Of a stretch of 64,000 nucleotides of DNA, positions 1-11,140 are shown one piece after another (the stretch's first letter is position 1; each line of letters starts with the position of its first letter). Under the pieces are notes generated by a model. It did not search any database. It saw nothing but the letters and a program-made list of their open reading frames with translations, and had not been told where the DNA came from. Source of the DNA: Octopus sinensis (taxonomy: Eukaryota); NCBI RefSeq assembly GCF_006345805.1, contig NC_042997.1, forward strand, positions 42,098,001-42,162,000. Reading direction: 5' to 3'. The translations under genes were made by a program, and so were the position numbers.

Positions 1-96
1 CTGACAGATGGGCCCTTCTAGAAAGATTTGGTGCAGAAATATTCACTGCCAGAGAGATTTATGATTAAGAATCTACATAATGTGGTGGTGCATATT

Positions 97-479
97 GGGA
101 TGGAGGCACTCCGTCGGTTACGACGACGAGGGTTCCGGTTGATCCGATCAACGGAACAGCCTGCTCGTGAAATTAACGTGTAAGTGGCTGAGCACTCCAC
201 AGACACATGTACCCTTAACGTAGTTCTCGAGGATATTCAGCGTGACACAGAGAGTGACAAGGCCGGCCCTTTGAAATACAGGTACAACAGAAACAGGAAG
301 TAAGAGTGAGAGAAAGTTGTGGTGAAAGAGTACAGCAGGGATCACCACCATCCGGAGCCTCGTGGAACTTTTAAGTGTTTTCGCTCAATAAACACTCACA
401 ACGCCCGGTCTGGGAATCGAAACCGCGATCCTATGACCGCGAGTCCGCTGCCCTAACTACTGGGCCATTGCGCCTCCAC
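97..479 (-). mobile_element. tRNA-derived SINE, family A (Ceph-domain-like 3' part), full length
   Basis: Minus strand starts GTGGAGGCGCAATGGCCCAGTAGTTAGGGC (A box) ... GGTTTCGATTCCC (B box). 3' part TTAATTTCACGAGCAGGCTGTTCCGTTGATCGG. Flanking repeat GTGGTGCATATT at 85-96 and 482-493. Five more copies in the window. Confidence 0.9.
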
Positions 480-494
480 CTGTGGTGCATATTA

Positions 495-764
495 ACCATA
501 AAATGAAAGAAACTTTCAGAGATGTTTGGCGTCGTGACTGGCACGAACTGATTAGATTTTGGGATCGATCTGGTACCGGAGAAGGATTCCGGATTATTTT
601 TCCGTTTTTTTTTTATTAATTTTTGAGAGCGGTCGGGTTCATTTTTAATATTCTCGTTTGTGAGAATTTCAGATATTCTCATTTTAAAAATCATCTCGAG
701 CTAATCGCTGAGAGGATGTTGCTGTTGTCTTGGCGGAGGTTTGCGCTCTCTGAGTGCTCTTGTT
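495..764 (+). mobile_element. Possible 3' part of a non-autonomous Helitron/Helentron-like element
   Basis: Ends in GGCGGAGGTTTGCGCTCTCTGAGTGCTCTTGTT, resembling a common non-autonomous rolling-circle element terminus. No matching 5' end seen. Confidence 0.25.
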
Positions 765-792
765 TATTTATTTATCTATTTACTAATATATA

Positions 793-910
793 GCAGAGGT
801 AACAGAGTTACTCAAGGTCCGAGAGTTTCCTGCGTTGGCACTTATCAAAGTAATTTGATAAGCGCCGACGCACAGAACTCTCGGACCTTGAGTCATTCTG
901 TGACTTCTGC
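793..910. repeat. 118-bp foldback (57-bp arms, GTAA loop), MITE-like, flanked by TA on both sides
   Basis: Arms 793-849 and 854-910 are reverse complements at 48 of 57 positions. TA at 791-792 and 911-912. Confidence 0.85.
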
Positions 911-981
911 TAAATGTTAATAAAAATATACATATACTCATATTTTGAGCTCTATTTTTCCTGTTCGCATCAACGTATGTT

Positions 982-1020
<39 letters not shown>

Positions 1021-1029
<9 letters not shown>

Positions 1030-1193
1030 TTCGAGACAAAACCACTATTTTGCAAAACAAACAAGGAAAGACTTAATCAATACATAAAAATTTTAATGGC
1101 GGTTTATTTATTTTATATTAACATTTTTATGTATTGATTAAGTCTTTCCTTGTTTGTTTTGCAAAATAGTGGTTTTGTCTCGAATTAATATTA
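1021..1193. repeat. Perfect 71-bp inverted repeat with 31-nt spacer; PLE terminal-repeat sequence
   Basis: 1021-1091 is the exact reverse complement of 1123-1193. The same sequence recurs at about 3570-3715, downstream of a hammerhead-like motif. Confidence 0.9.
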
Positions 1194-1275
1194 TATAATA
1201 TTTTACTATAAAATTGGATTTAATCCTAAATCTGTTTTTTTCCCTGTAAATTTGGATTTATTCCCTAATATTTAT

Positions 1276-1309
<34 letters not shown>

Positions 1310-1384
1310 GAGTGAGTAGACAAACGAAAGAAGGGCACTCAAGCAATTTATTGGGAGTTACATGTATGGGACAAAACAGTTTGA

Positions 1385-1448
1385 TTCAAATTCGATAGTG
1401 CTATGAGTTTCAAGGGCAATGCTAGCCGTCAGCCATTTTGAATTTGAA
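1385..1448 (-). ncRNA. Degenerate minimal type I hammerhead-like motif with extended stem I
   Basis: Minus strand: TTCAAATTCAA-AA-TGG-CTGACGG-...-GAAAC-TCATA-GCA-CTA-TCGAATTTGAA. The outer 11-nt stem pairs. Core deviates (CTGACGG; GCA instead of GUH). Confidence 0.4.
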
Positions 1449-1789
1449 CGACAGAAGTAGATTGTTATTACCGTAAGGTGGGCTGCAATTGGTCGAAGAA
1501 GGTCACACAGTGTCGTGGTTTGATGTTGGTAAACGAGTAACAGTTAGTTGGAAAACACTGCATGCGAACAGGAAATTGACCACGTGGAGGATGGGAAATA
1601 AACTAGAAGTCGGTCAGGTTGTTGGGAGGGAAGTAGGAAATGGGCGGCATGCGCCTGTACACGTGCTTCCGTACGCGCGCGTGCGCAAGTATTCCCGCGC
1701 AAAACAAGCGTTGAGTTTTGGTAAGCCTTGAGGATTGGTAAACGGCCCTCTACAAGGACGGCTCGCTATAGGTATCTCAAACCATACGA

Positions 1790-2794
1790 ACGACCACACC
1801 ATGGGAGGACTTGATAGAAATACCTAAGGAGTTCAGCCTGACCATAACGGTTACCACCAACCTGACTACGGTCGATTTTTTGGTTGTAACCTATGACCGC
1901 AGTACGGGAAAGTATTACCTGTATAGGAAACCTAACGAGGACACAGTATACATCCACAAGAGCTCAAACCATCCCCCGCCCCCGCAGTAATTAGAAACCT
2001 AGTTCCAGGCATTGGTAAATGACCATCTAATCTCTCGGCCATAGAAATATCTTTAACAGGGCCGCCCCACCCCATTGCAACGATGCTTTGACTAGGAGCG
2101 GGTTTACTGAGAAGCTCTGGTATGTGGACAACCCCAAACACTCTCTCCTCACCCTAAAAGGAATAGGAGAAGGAGAATTATATGGTATAAATCCATTTCA
2201 ACCTAGAAGTTTCCACCAACGTTAATAAAGAAACACTTCCCCAGAGGCCATAAGTATTACAAACTCTTCAATCCCTATAATGTCAAGGTGAGCTACTCCT
2301 GCTTAGACAATATCGCATGCATCAACAGACGTAGAAATGCACCCACACCACCCCAACCCCAACCTACAATTTCCGAAATCTCACCACGTGCTCTCTAGAA
2401 AAATCTTGTCTCTCAAGGGCCGTAGTATACAGAGCCACCCTTACACCATCCGATGGCATTACTAGGCACTATACGGGTATGACAGCTAATGGCTTCAAGT
2501 GAAGATACTCCCAACATATGCATTCGTTCAGACCCAGGGATAGAGAGAACTCTACTTCCTTGTCTTGTTTTTTTCAGGAGACACCGCTATCTCCGAGATG
2601 AAATACCTAGCATCAAGTGGTCTATTATAGACAGAGCGCCACCATATTCACCCGAAGCCCCCAACTGCCAGCTCTTCCTCCGCGAAAACCTGCATATCCT
2701 CCAACAACCCGCAGTATCCATCAACAAGAAATACGATTTATCTCATTGCTGTCACCAGAGATATGTCCCTCTGACAAATTTGGTTGTTGTTTAA
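1790..2794 (+). mobile_element. 5'-truncated, disrupted Penelope-like retroelement: RT thumb, linker and GIY-YIG endonuclease (Naiad-like motifs, tentative)
   Basis: Across frameshifts: TITVTTNLTTVDFLVVTYDRSTGKYYLYRKPNEDTVYIHKSSNHPP; RRRIIWY; KKHFPRGHKYYKLFNPYNVKVSYSCLDNI; CLSRAVVYRATL...HYTGMTANGFK*RYSQH; IKWSIIDRAPPYSPEAPNCQLFLRENLHI...INKKYDLSHCCHQR. Confidence 0.85.
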
Positions 2795-2974
2795 ATTCCA
2801 TTCAAAAGACCTTGTCTCTGGGTTTAAGAGTGACTCTTTTTGGAGAGAAAACCAAAGGAAAATATATGCATACGTACATACATACTTCAATATACGTTCA
2901 CAATCACTTTCACATAATTATTCAACGATAGTCAAAAATATGAATCCGTACTTATAAGGACATACATGTGTGTG

Positions 2975-3095
2975 TGGAGGGGAGTAAGGTGTTGCACTCA
3001 CGATCTTGAGATCGTGGTTTCAATTCTTAGACCGGGTGGTGCGTTGTGTTCTTGAGAAAATCACTTCATCTGATTTGATGCAGTACGAATATTTT
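2975..3095 (+). mobile_element. SINE family D-type head fragment
   Basis: GGTGTTGCACTCACGATCTTGAGATCGTGGTTTCAATTC...GTTGTGTTCTTGAG. Matches the minus-strand head at about 50540-50672. Confidence 0.6.
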
Positions 3096-3491
3096 GATTA
3101 CTATAAACAAATCATTTGCGCAGGTCGTTCAGCAAAAGCCAAACACTTATACGTCGTCTCCGATGGGAGAGTCCATCATACACACACACACACACATATA
3201 TATATCGCTGAAGGTATAGGATGTTATTCAAGCACTCGATTAAAAGTCCACTGCGTCTTATAACAGAAACAGCCGTAAGCTAATGGAGTTCATAACATAA
3301 TCATTGTTTTCCCTGTCATCTCCTATTGTTGATAGGTTTTTTTAGTTTATATATTGTTTATATATTGATTATATATGGATTATAGATAGGTTATATATGG
3401 ATTATATACTTATATTTTTTCATTCATACTTTAATTATTTTAAAATTATTATTTTTATTTTTTAAAATATTGATTTTTTAGATTGGAAGTC

Positions 3492-3540
3492 CACCTGAAG
3501 ATTGTCGATCAAGACAAGAAAGAAAGAAAACGTTGTAGTG
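3492..3540 (+). ncRNA. Hammerhead-like motif in a PLE terminal repeat, with GAAA expanded to three copies
   Basis: CAC-CTGAAGA-TTGTC(GATCAA)GACAA-GAAAGAAAGAAAAC-GTT-GTA-GTG: stem I CAC/GTG, stem II 5 bp, GUA site. Confidence 0.5.
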
Positions 3541-3764
3541 GCGGTTTTTTTGACTATTTATTAAAAATTTTATGTATTGATTAAGTCTTTCCTTGTTTGT
3601 TTTGCAAAATAGTGGTTTTGTCTCGAATAATATTTATAATATTTACTATAAAATCGATTTAATCCTAAAATCTGATTTTCCTGTAAATTTGGATTTATTC
3701 CCTAATATTTATTATTATATATAATATATATATATAGATATATATATATTATATATATATATAT

Positions 3765-4690
3765 TTGACATCTCTCTCCGCATCGATCACCCTCCAGCTC
3801 TCTCACCACCACCGCCTTTTTTAAACCTACGGATTCCACCCTCTATCTCAAATTCTCTTCCTCCCACCCCTTCCACACCAAACGGCAATCCCCTACTCCC
3901 AGTTCCTCCGCCTCCGACGTTTGTGCAGCCGCGACCAGGATTTCGAGACCAATCTCAATACCTGGCCCGCATGTTCAGACTCCGAGGTTACCCACCATAC
4001 TCCTCTCTGATGCCCTCACCCGCGCCGTCGCATCGACCGCACTACCGCCCTGTCTCCTTCCCCCCGCCCACCCCCCAACCGCACCCCTTCCCCCTCTTTT
4101 CCCCCCTCTACCTACCCCTTCGTCGAAGATACTACGTGCCTTCCGTCGCCTCCAGCTTGATCCTACCACCCGCCCCATTTCCCTAACCTACCCTGTCCTC
4201 TTTCAAACGAGCCCGCAATCTGCGTGACCTCCTGGTCCACAGCACCCTCTCTCCTTCCCCCTCAGCCCCACACGGATCATTCCCCTGCTCTAGATCCCGT
4301 TGCAACACTTGCCCCTTCATCACCAACACCACCGCTGTCACCGGCTCCAACCTGCACACTGTACGCATTAGGCACTCTTTTACGTGCACCTCGTCTGGCC
4401 TTATTTACTGCATTAAATGCAACCTATGCGGGATGCTGTATGTAGGACAGACGGGACGCCGGTTGTCCGACCGTTTCACTGAACACTTGAGGGACGTTCG
4501 CCTGCACTTCTTTCTCCCGTCGCACGCCACTTCCGCTCGGCCGGCCATTCCCTAGATGACATCTCTGTGTTTGGTCTCGGCCCCCACCATGGTCGCCCAC
4601 TTTCCAGGCTCCACTTGGAGCAACGCTACATCTTCACCCTACAAACTACCACCCCACACGGACTTAACACAGCCCCTCCTCTTGAGATCC
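3765..4690 (+). mobile_element. 5'-truncated Penelope-like retroelement (Neptune-type, Cys-rich linker): RT thumb and GIY-YIG endonuclease, frameshifted
   Basis: FKPTDSTLYLKFSSSHP...YSQFLRLRRLCSRDQDF...MFRLRGYP; FKRARNLRDLLVHS; FPCSRSRCNTCPFI; FTCTSSGLIYCIKCNLCGMLYVGQTGRRLSDRFTEHLRDV; RHF...GHSLDDISVFG...RLHLEQRYIFTLQTTTPHGLN. Confidence 0.9.
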
Positions 4691-4699
4691 GTTTTTTTT

Positions 4700-7330
4700 T
4701 TTTTTTGTGGACAACACCCCACACACACCCACCCACCTACCTCCCACACGCACACACACCCACCCCACCTACCACCCACCTACCTCCCACACGCCTGTTC
4801 ACACACACACATACGTAGACATCTACGTACATACATTCACACATTTAATCACACACACTTACAGACATACTAACACACACTAACATACAAACCAACATGC
4901 ACATACACACACACATACATACATACGCACACCATACATACTTACACACACACACACACACAGACATACATACACACATACACACACACATACATACGCA
5001 CATACATACACACACACTCACACCACACACACCGCACGTACATACTTCACACACACACATGCAAACATACATGTAGGCACATACATACATACATACCTAC
5101 ACATGCACACCCTTACACTGAATGCACACACCACATACACCTTTTTGCATCCAGGCAGCCCCCCCCTCTTTCTGCTTTCCGGTTTTGGCTGATGGATCCT
5201 CGGTTCCGCGTAGCGGGGCGTTCGAGGCCTTTGCGCTCGCGCGCCTTGGCGCGCGCTGGGGGCTTGGTCGCCCCTTGGGCTTGCGGTGTACTGCTTGGCG
5301 TGTGTGCGTGGGCGCGCTTCGTGTGTGTGGGCTTGCTTCGGATGTGCGCGTGCGTATGTATGCATACATACCCACACACTCGCATGCATCCCTACCCACA
5401 TACATACACGCACACCTACTCACACACACACATACACACACATACCTGCACACACACACACATACATACATACACATACGTACCTACTTCAGACATACAC
5501 ACACACAGACATACACCCATACACTCACACTCACACGCATACACACACCACATACACACGCACACGTACACATACACACACACACACACCTACATACATA
5601 CATTACACTTGTATACAAACACACTTACATTCATACACACACACACCTACACAGCCATACCCTCACTCAGACACACACATTATCTACCACACACACACAC
5701 AAAACACACACGGACACAACCCATACATACATACATCTACACACACACGCCTACACACATACATACACACCATAAAAACACACACACATACACATATACA
5801 CACATACGCACACACACATATACTTATACACATGCACACACACACCATACATACATACACCCATATACTACACACACCCATACCCACATACTCCTATACG
5901 CACATACATACACACAGACATACACACATACCACTCACACAAACATACACACACACATACTTACACACACACTCACCTGCACGCGCACACACCATGCATG
6001 ACAAACACCCATACACTCACACTCACATACGCAACACAACATAAAACGCACACGCACACGCACACCACACACTACACTCCCACACACACCTACCCAACGC
6101 ACCAACACATACACACGCACCTACATACACACACGCACGCATACACACGCATACACACATACATTACACACGTACACACACACTACATACACATGCATAC
6201 ACAACACACACACAAACATGCACGGACACCCAGACATACACACATACACCTATATACACACGCCCACACACTACATACACACACATATACACACCCCACA
6301 CACCTACATACACACACCACATACACACACATACACGGACACACCCATACATACTTACATACATACACCTACACACACGCCTACACACCTACATACACAC
6401 ACATGCATACACACACACATGTACGCACAACACACACATATACGCACATACATATATACCATACCCACACACATGCACACACACACACACATACGCACAT
6501 GCATGCATGCATGCACACGCGCACACCTACACGCATACACACACACACACGCACGTACACATACATACATACACACACGCATACATACACCCATACACAT
6601 ACATGCATCCTACACACACATACATACACACTCACACATACATACACACACACACTCACTCACACACTGTATGTACGCGCACACACATGCACATACACAC
6701 ACTTCCCCACACCCACACGTACATACATACACACTCACACACATCACACACACACACACACACACGGACATACATCTATGCACACACATACATACACACA
6801 TACTCACATACATTCATCGGACACACTGCCACCCGGACATACACACAGACACACTCACACATCCACACACATACAACTTACGCACATACTCGCAGGCTCG
6901 CGCACGCACGCGCTTGCGCCGGCTCGCGTACGCATACGCTCCGCAGGCACCTCGCTCTTGGAACCGACAAGACCTCCCGCCGTTCCTGGACCGTCGCGTG
7001 TCGTTGGGTTTTCCCACGCCCGCCTCCGCGGGACCACTCTTCCATCTTCCCTCAGCTGGAGTCCTTTTTCCTTAACCCCCCCCCTTTTTCGTAAACACAC
7101 GCGCACACATATACACACATTGCTTAAATATATACATTACTCTTACACCACATTCAATCTACTCGCCATTTAATACCACCACGACACTGGACACACACAC
7201 ACACTACTACTCAACACACGCTGGCACGCTACATACGCCCCACCCCTTCCCCTCCCTCCCTTCTCCTTCCTTCTTTTCTTACTACTGACCTTTGTCTGCT
7301 AAGCTGACCACTATCTCGCCCTACCTCACA
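4700..7330 (+). repeat. About 2.6-kb degenerate (CA)n/(CATA)n compound microsatellite with two GC-rich islands
   Basis: Direct inspection. It starts right after the PLE endonuclease. Islands at about 5145-5345 and 6890-7090. Confidence 0.95.
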
Positions 7331-7479
7331 CGCATACACAGACGCACACACTAACACCACATATATATTTTTGTGTTTTTTCATCTCGCCTCACACACAC
7401 ACATACACACACGCACACGCACACACTCACAATACACACATCTGTTGCGTTACCAACCTTGTCTCCACTCTTTTGCCTT

Positions 7480-7725
7480 TAAAAACCACTTTGCTCTGTT
7501 TTCGTAAACATCCGCCTTTCACATGTGTGCAACTCGTAAACACCAGTCGTCTTTTTTCTCTTTCCCTGTTGCCCGCTCTGGGATCTTTCTTTCCTCTCTC
7601 TTCCTTCTTTTGTTCCGACGAAGAGCTCCGCTCGAAACGTCATACCTCCCTGCTTCCTTTTCCTGAGCGCCCTATTAATAATAATACGTAATTGTCCTTG
7701 TTGTTGTTTTTTGTTTCCCGTTGGA
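7480..7725 (+). mobile_element. PLE terminal repeat (pLTR) with hammerhead-like motif at 7612-7645
   Basis: GTT-CCGACGA-A-GAGC(TCC)GCTC-GAAAC-GTC-ATAC followed by CCTTTTCCTGAGCGCCC. An inverted homologue lies at 8430-8640. Confidence 0.7.
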
Positions 7726-7734
7726 TTTAAATTT

Positions 7735-7859
7735 ATATATATATTATATATATATATATATATATATTATCTTATATTATATATATATATATATATAATA
7801 TAATATATATAATATATATATATATATAATATATATATATATAATATATATAATAATAT

Positions 7860-7901
<42 letters not shown>

Positions 7902-7902
7902 C

Positions 7903-7982
<80 letters not shown>

Positions 7983-8000
7983 ATATATATTATATATTGA
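7735..8000. repeat. (TA)n-rich microsatellite, continuing at 8228-8435
   Basis: Direct inspection. Confidence 0.95.
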
Positions 8001-8001
8001 A

Positions 8002-8227
8002 GTGGCGAGCTGGGCAGAAACGGTAGCACGCCGTGCGAAATGCGTAGCCGTATTTCGTCTGCGTTACGTCTGAGTTCAAATTCCGCCGAGGTCGACTTTG
8101 CCTTCATCCTTTCGGGGTCGATAAATTAAGTACAGTTACGCTACTGGGTCGATATAATCGACTTAATCCGTTTATCTGTCCTTGTTTGTCCCCTCTGTGT
8201 TTAGCCCCTGTGGGTAGTAAAGAAATA
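8002..8227 (+). mobile_element. tRNA-derived SINE, family B, inserted in (TA)n
   Basis: GGCGAGCTGGGCAGAAACGGTAGC head, GAGTTCAAATTCC B box, CCTTTCGGGGTCGATAAATTAAGTAC central domain, tail GTGGGTAGTAAAGAAATA. Confidence 0.85.
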
Positions 8228-8315
8228 TATTTATATATTATTTTATATATATATATATACATATATTTATATATTATTATATATAATATATATATATATA
8301 TATTTTGATATATAT

Positions 8316-8384
<69 letters not shown>

Positions 8385-8429
8385 TATATATACACACATG
8401 TGTACATAATACATACATACATATACATA

Positions 8430-8640
8430 TATATAGTTAATCCAAACATGAACAAAGAGAAAACACAACAACGCGAGGACGTGGAACAAGTATAATGTTA
8501 TTGGACGCTCAGGAAAGGAAAGAAAGAAGGGGGATTTAACATTTGGAGCGGAGCTCTTCGTCAGAAACATAGAAAAAGGAAAGGTCCAAGGAAGGGAAGA
8601 CGGAGAAAGAAAATCGCCAACGATACACACGCGGTTACAC
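8430..8640 (-). mobile_element. Second PLE pLTR copy, inverted, with hammerhead-like motif at 8534-8568
   Basis: Minus strand: GTTT-CTGACGA-A-GAGC(TCC)GCTC-CAAAT-GTT-AAAT...CCTTTCCTGAGCGTCC. GAAAC is mutated to CAAAT. Confidence 0.7.
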
Positions 8641-8835
8641 ATGCACGCGCGCGCACACACATACACAGACACACAAACACACGCACACATATATTCTGTA
8701 TATGCAAGTTGGTGGAGAACCCCCAACCAAACTGTATTATTGTATACAGATGCAATTTATAATGTATAGAGCCACAGGAATCCATCCCGCCCCGTTTTCT
8801 CTTACAATTCAGTTTTACTTCCCTTCCCCGCACAG

Positions 8836-8954
8836 GTATGGTGAACGTCTTCAGATTAATATCATTAAATAGCTTTCGGAGTTCTGGGGCTGATGCAGGA
8901 AGACGCAACGTTCTCTCTGTCAAGATTAGACGTGCTGTGTATAAACTTATCTGA
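8836..8954 (+). CDS. Candidate terminal exon, unassigned; strand ambiguous
   Basis: Strong acceptor TTTTACTTCCCTTCCCCGCACAG, then MVNVFRLISLNSFRSSGADAGRRNVLSVKIRRAVYKLI*. The opposite strand also has an open frame. No homology recognised. Confidence 0.2.
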
Positions 8955-10318
8955 TAGCTACCTAATTTTCATCGAATAAACAGCGGTGGATGTGATGGCG
9001 GTGGGTACGAGGTCAGAGGGTTGCGGGGCATGAAACAGAAAGGGGAAAAACATCTGGAGCCTACCTACTTCATCTTATATAAACATCATCGCTTTCATTC
9101 GTTTGCTGTATAAGAGGGGCTTAGGAGAATTGGACGTGTGGGGCAAAGGAGGAGGAGGAGGAGAGGAAGAGAGAGAGAGAGTGAGAGATGATGTCATTAT
9201 TTTAGTTGTTATATAATTATTGTTGTTGTTGCTGCTGCTGCTACCAATGTGGCTGCTGCTGCTCCTGATGGTTTAGCTAATCTCTCTTCGTAGCATAACT
9301 GTTGATATAATTCATTATGACGATGATGATGATAATGCTAATGATGGGGATGAACATGATGCGGATGAGATGATGACTATTACGATCATCACCGTCGTGA
9401 TAATTTCCTTGTCATTTCATTTTTTAATCTCACCTTTGCCATGTTTACTCTCCACCTCTTATTTCACAGTGTGTCACTTCACCCGGCCATTCGTAATCAT
9501 CATCATCACCATCATCATCATAATGCCCCACTCTTTTCTCCTCTAGACACACGCGGTCGTCTCTATGGGATTTACACACGTGTTGTGCAATTGTTACACG
9601 CCAACCGTGACTGACTGTTCAATTTATAGAGAACTTTCTACGCTCATTATGCGCTGCTTTTGGTAATACTATTTTGTAATGTGAATAAATACATGTCGCA
9701 AACACACACACATATGTGCACCTATACACCTATAAAACAGAAAGAAATACATACATATATACATATAAACACATGCGCGCACGCACACACACACACACAT
9801 ACACACACACACACACGTAGACACACACGCACACACACAAACACAGACATAGTGGCTTTAAGTTTGGAAGTTCTTGACAGACAGAAACTTCTTGAATGAC
9901 GTCTCACTTGTTAAATTTGTAGACTATTTCTTTATTTTCCTTGTCGTAATGGTAAATTTGATGTCTTTAAATTTTTACAAATTTTCTGCAACATTGCTGG
10001 CTAGTACCATAACATAGTTGAAAATTGTCTCTGCTGCCACATAGCTGCTCCTATTTAGATACACCTGTGTTTCCGAACCTTTTCACTCTTAGGGAATCTT
10101 TGATATACCTTCCATATATCAGCGAACCTTTCACGAAAATTATTATTTTTCTTTATTAATCTTTTTCTTGAAGATAAATTTTATGATTGATCAAACAAAT
10201 CAGGAAACTGTGCTGAATCCACTTGACAACATGAAGAACATTTTTAAAATTTCGTCTTAACCAAGGCCTTGTGTTGACCAAATTCACCTGTAATTTCCTA
10301 TTATTCTAGTTTGCTTTT

Positions 10319-10789
10319 ATTCTTTTACTTGTTTCAGTCATTTAGTCAAGCAAATCGACTCCAGGACTTATTCTTTGTAAGCCTATCAGTCTCTTTTGCC
10401 GAACCGCTAAGTTACGCGGGACATAAACACACCAACATCGATTCTCAAGCGATGATGGGGGGACAAACAGACACACAAATACAATGATAGCGTCTCATAT
10501 AGTGAGATTTTTATATATCTTAAATTTGCAAAAGAATTTGTGGTGTGGGCGGTTTAGCTTAATGGTTCAGAGCACCGCACCCTGTAATCACGGCGGTGCG
10601 AGTTCAAGTCTCCTAGCCGGCCGCCAACACATTTTTCTGCAAAATAGGGGTAGCTTATCCTGTTCAGGTTATATTATTAGCATCATCCTGCGTTTGGGAA
10701 TTTAAAATCACTTCTTTAACTATCTAAGACATCTCAACGCTTCTAAAGCAAATTTCGATTGTTTGTTTACGTTCATCGTAATTTGAATT

Positions 10790-10827
<38 letters not shown>

Positions 10828-10985
10828 CACACACAACGGGTTTCTTTTAGTTTCCGTTTGCCAAATCCACTCACAAGCCTTTGGTCGGCCCAAGGCCACA
10901 GAAAGAGACACTTGCCTAAGGTGCCACACAGTGGGATTGAACCCGGAATCATGCTTATTACCACACAGCCACTCCTGCGCCTGTT
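10319..10985 (-). mobile_element. SINE family C split by an insertion of about 310 bp (10481-10790)
   Basis: 3' half at 10319-10480 and tRNA-like head half at 10825-10985 match the intact family C copies. Foreign sequence sits in the microsatellite linker. Confidence 0.8.
10547..10626 (+). tRNA. Degenerate bacterial-type tRNA-Asp(GUC)-like sequence with encoded 3' CCA
   Basis: GGGCGGT-TA-GCTTAATGGTTCAGAGC-A-CCGC(A)CCTGT(AAT)CACGGCGG-TGCGAG-TTCAAGT-CTCCTA-GCCGGCC-G-CCA. Removing the bracketed bases gives the bacterial Asp anticodon arm CCGCC-CTGTCAC-GGCGG. G discriminator. Confidence 0.55.
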
Positions 10986-11140
10986 CCCTATTAAGGGAAC
11001 ATGTCTTTTTCCTATGTAGGCACCTTACTAACTACGGATGCATGGATGTCATATATGTTTAATGAAATTACGAATATAATACTCATACAAACAAAACAAT
11101 GAAATATACAAAACTGACAAAAATATTCATTTGTATATAA

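Noticed and set aside
2000-2500. In-frame TGA codons in the Naiad-like PLE as possible selenocysteine
   Set aside because: The TGAs fall at positions expected to be Arg or similar (consistent with CGA>TGA decay), in an element with many frameshifts. No SECIS was identified.
4556-7173. Long His/Thr-rich and Val/Cys-rich ORFs (up to 391 aa)
   Set aside because: They are translations of (CA)n/(CATA)n repeats, which lack stop codons.
10484-10705. 73-aa ORF across the foreign insert
   Set aside because: It reads through the tRNA-like sequence, has no protein-like features and is incidental.
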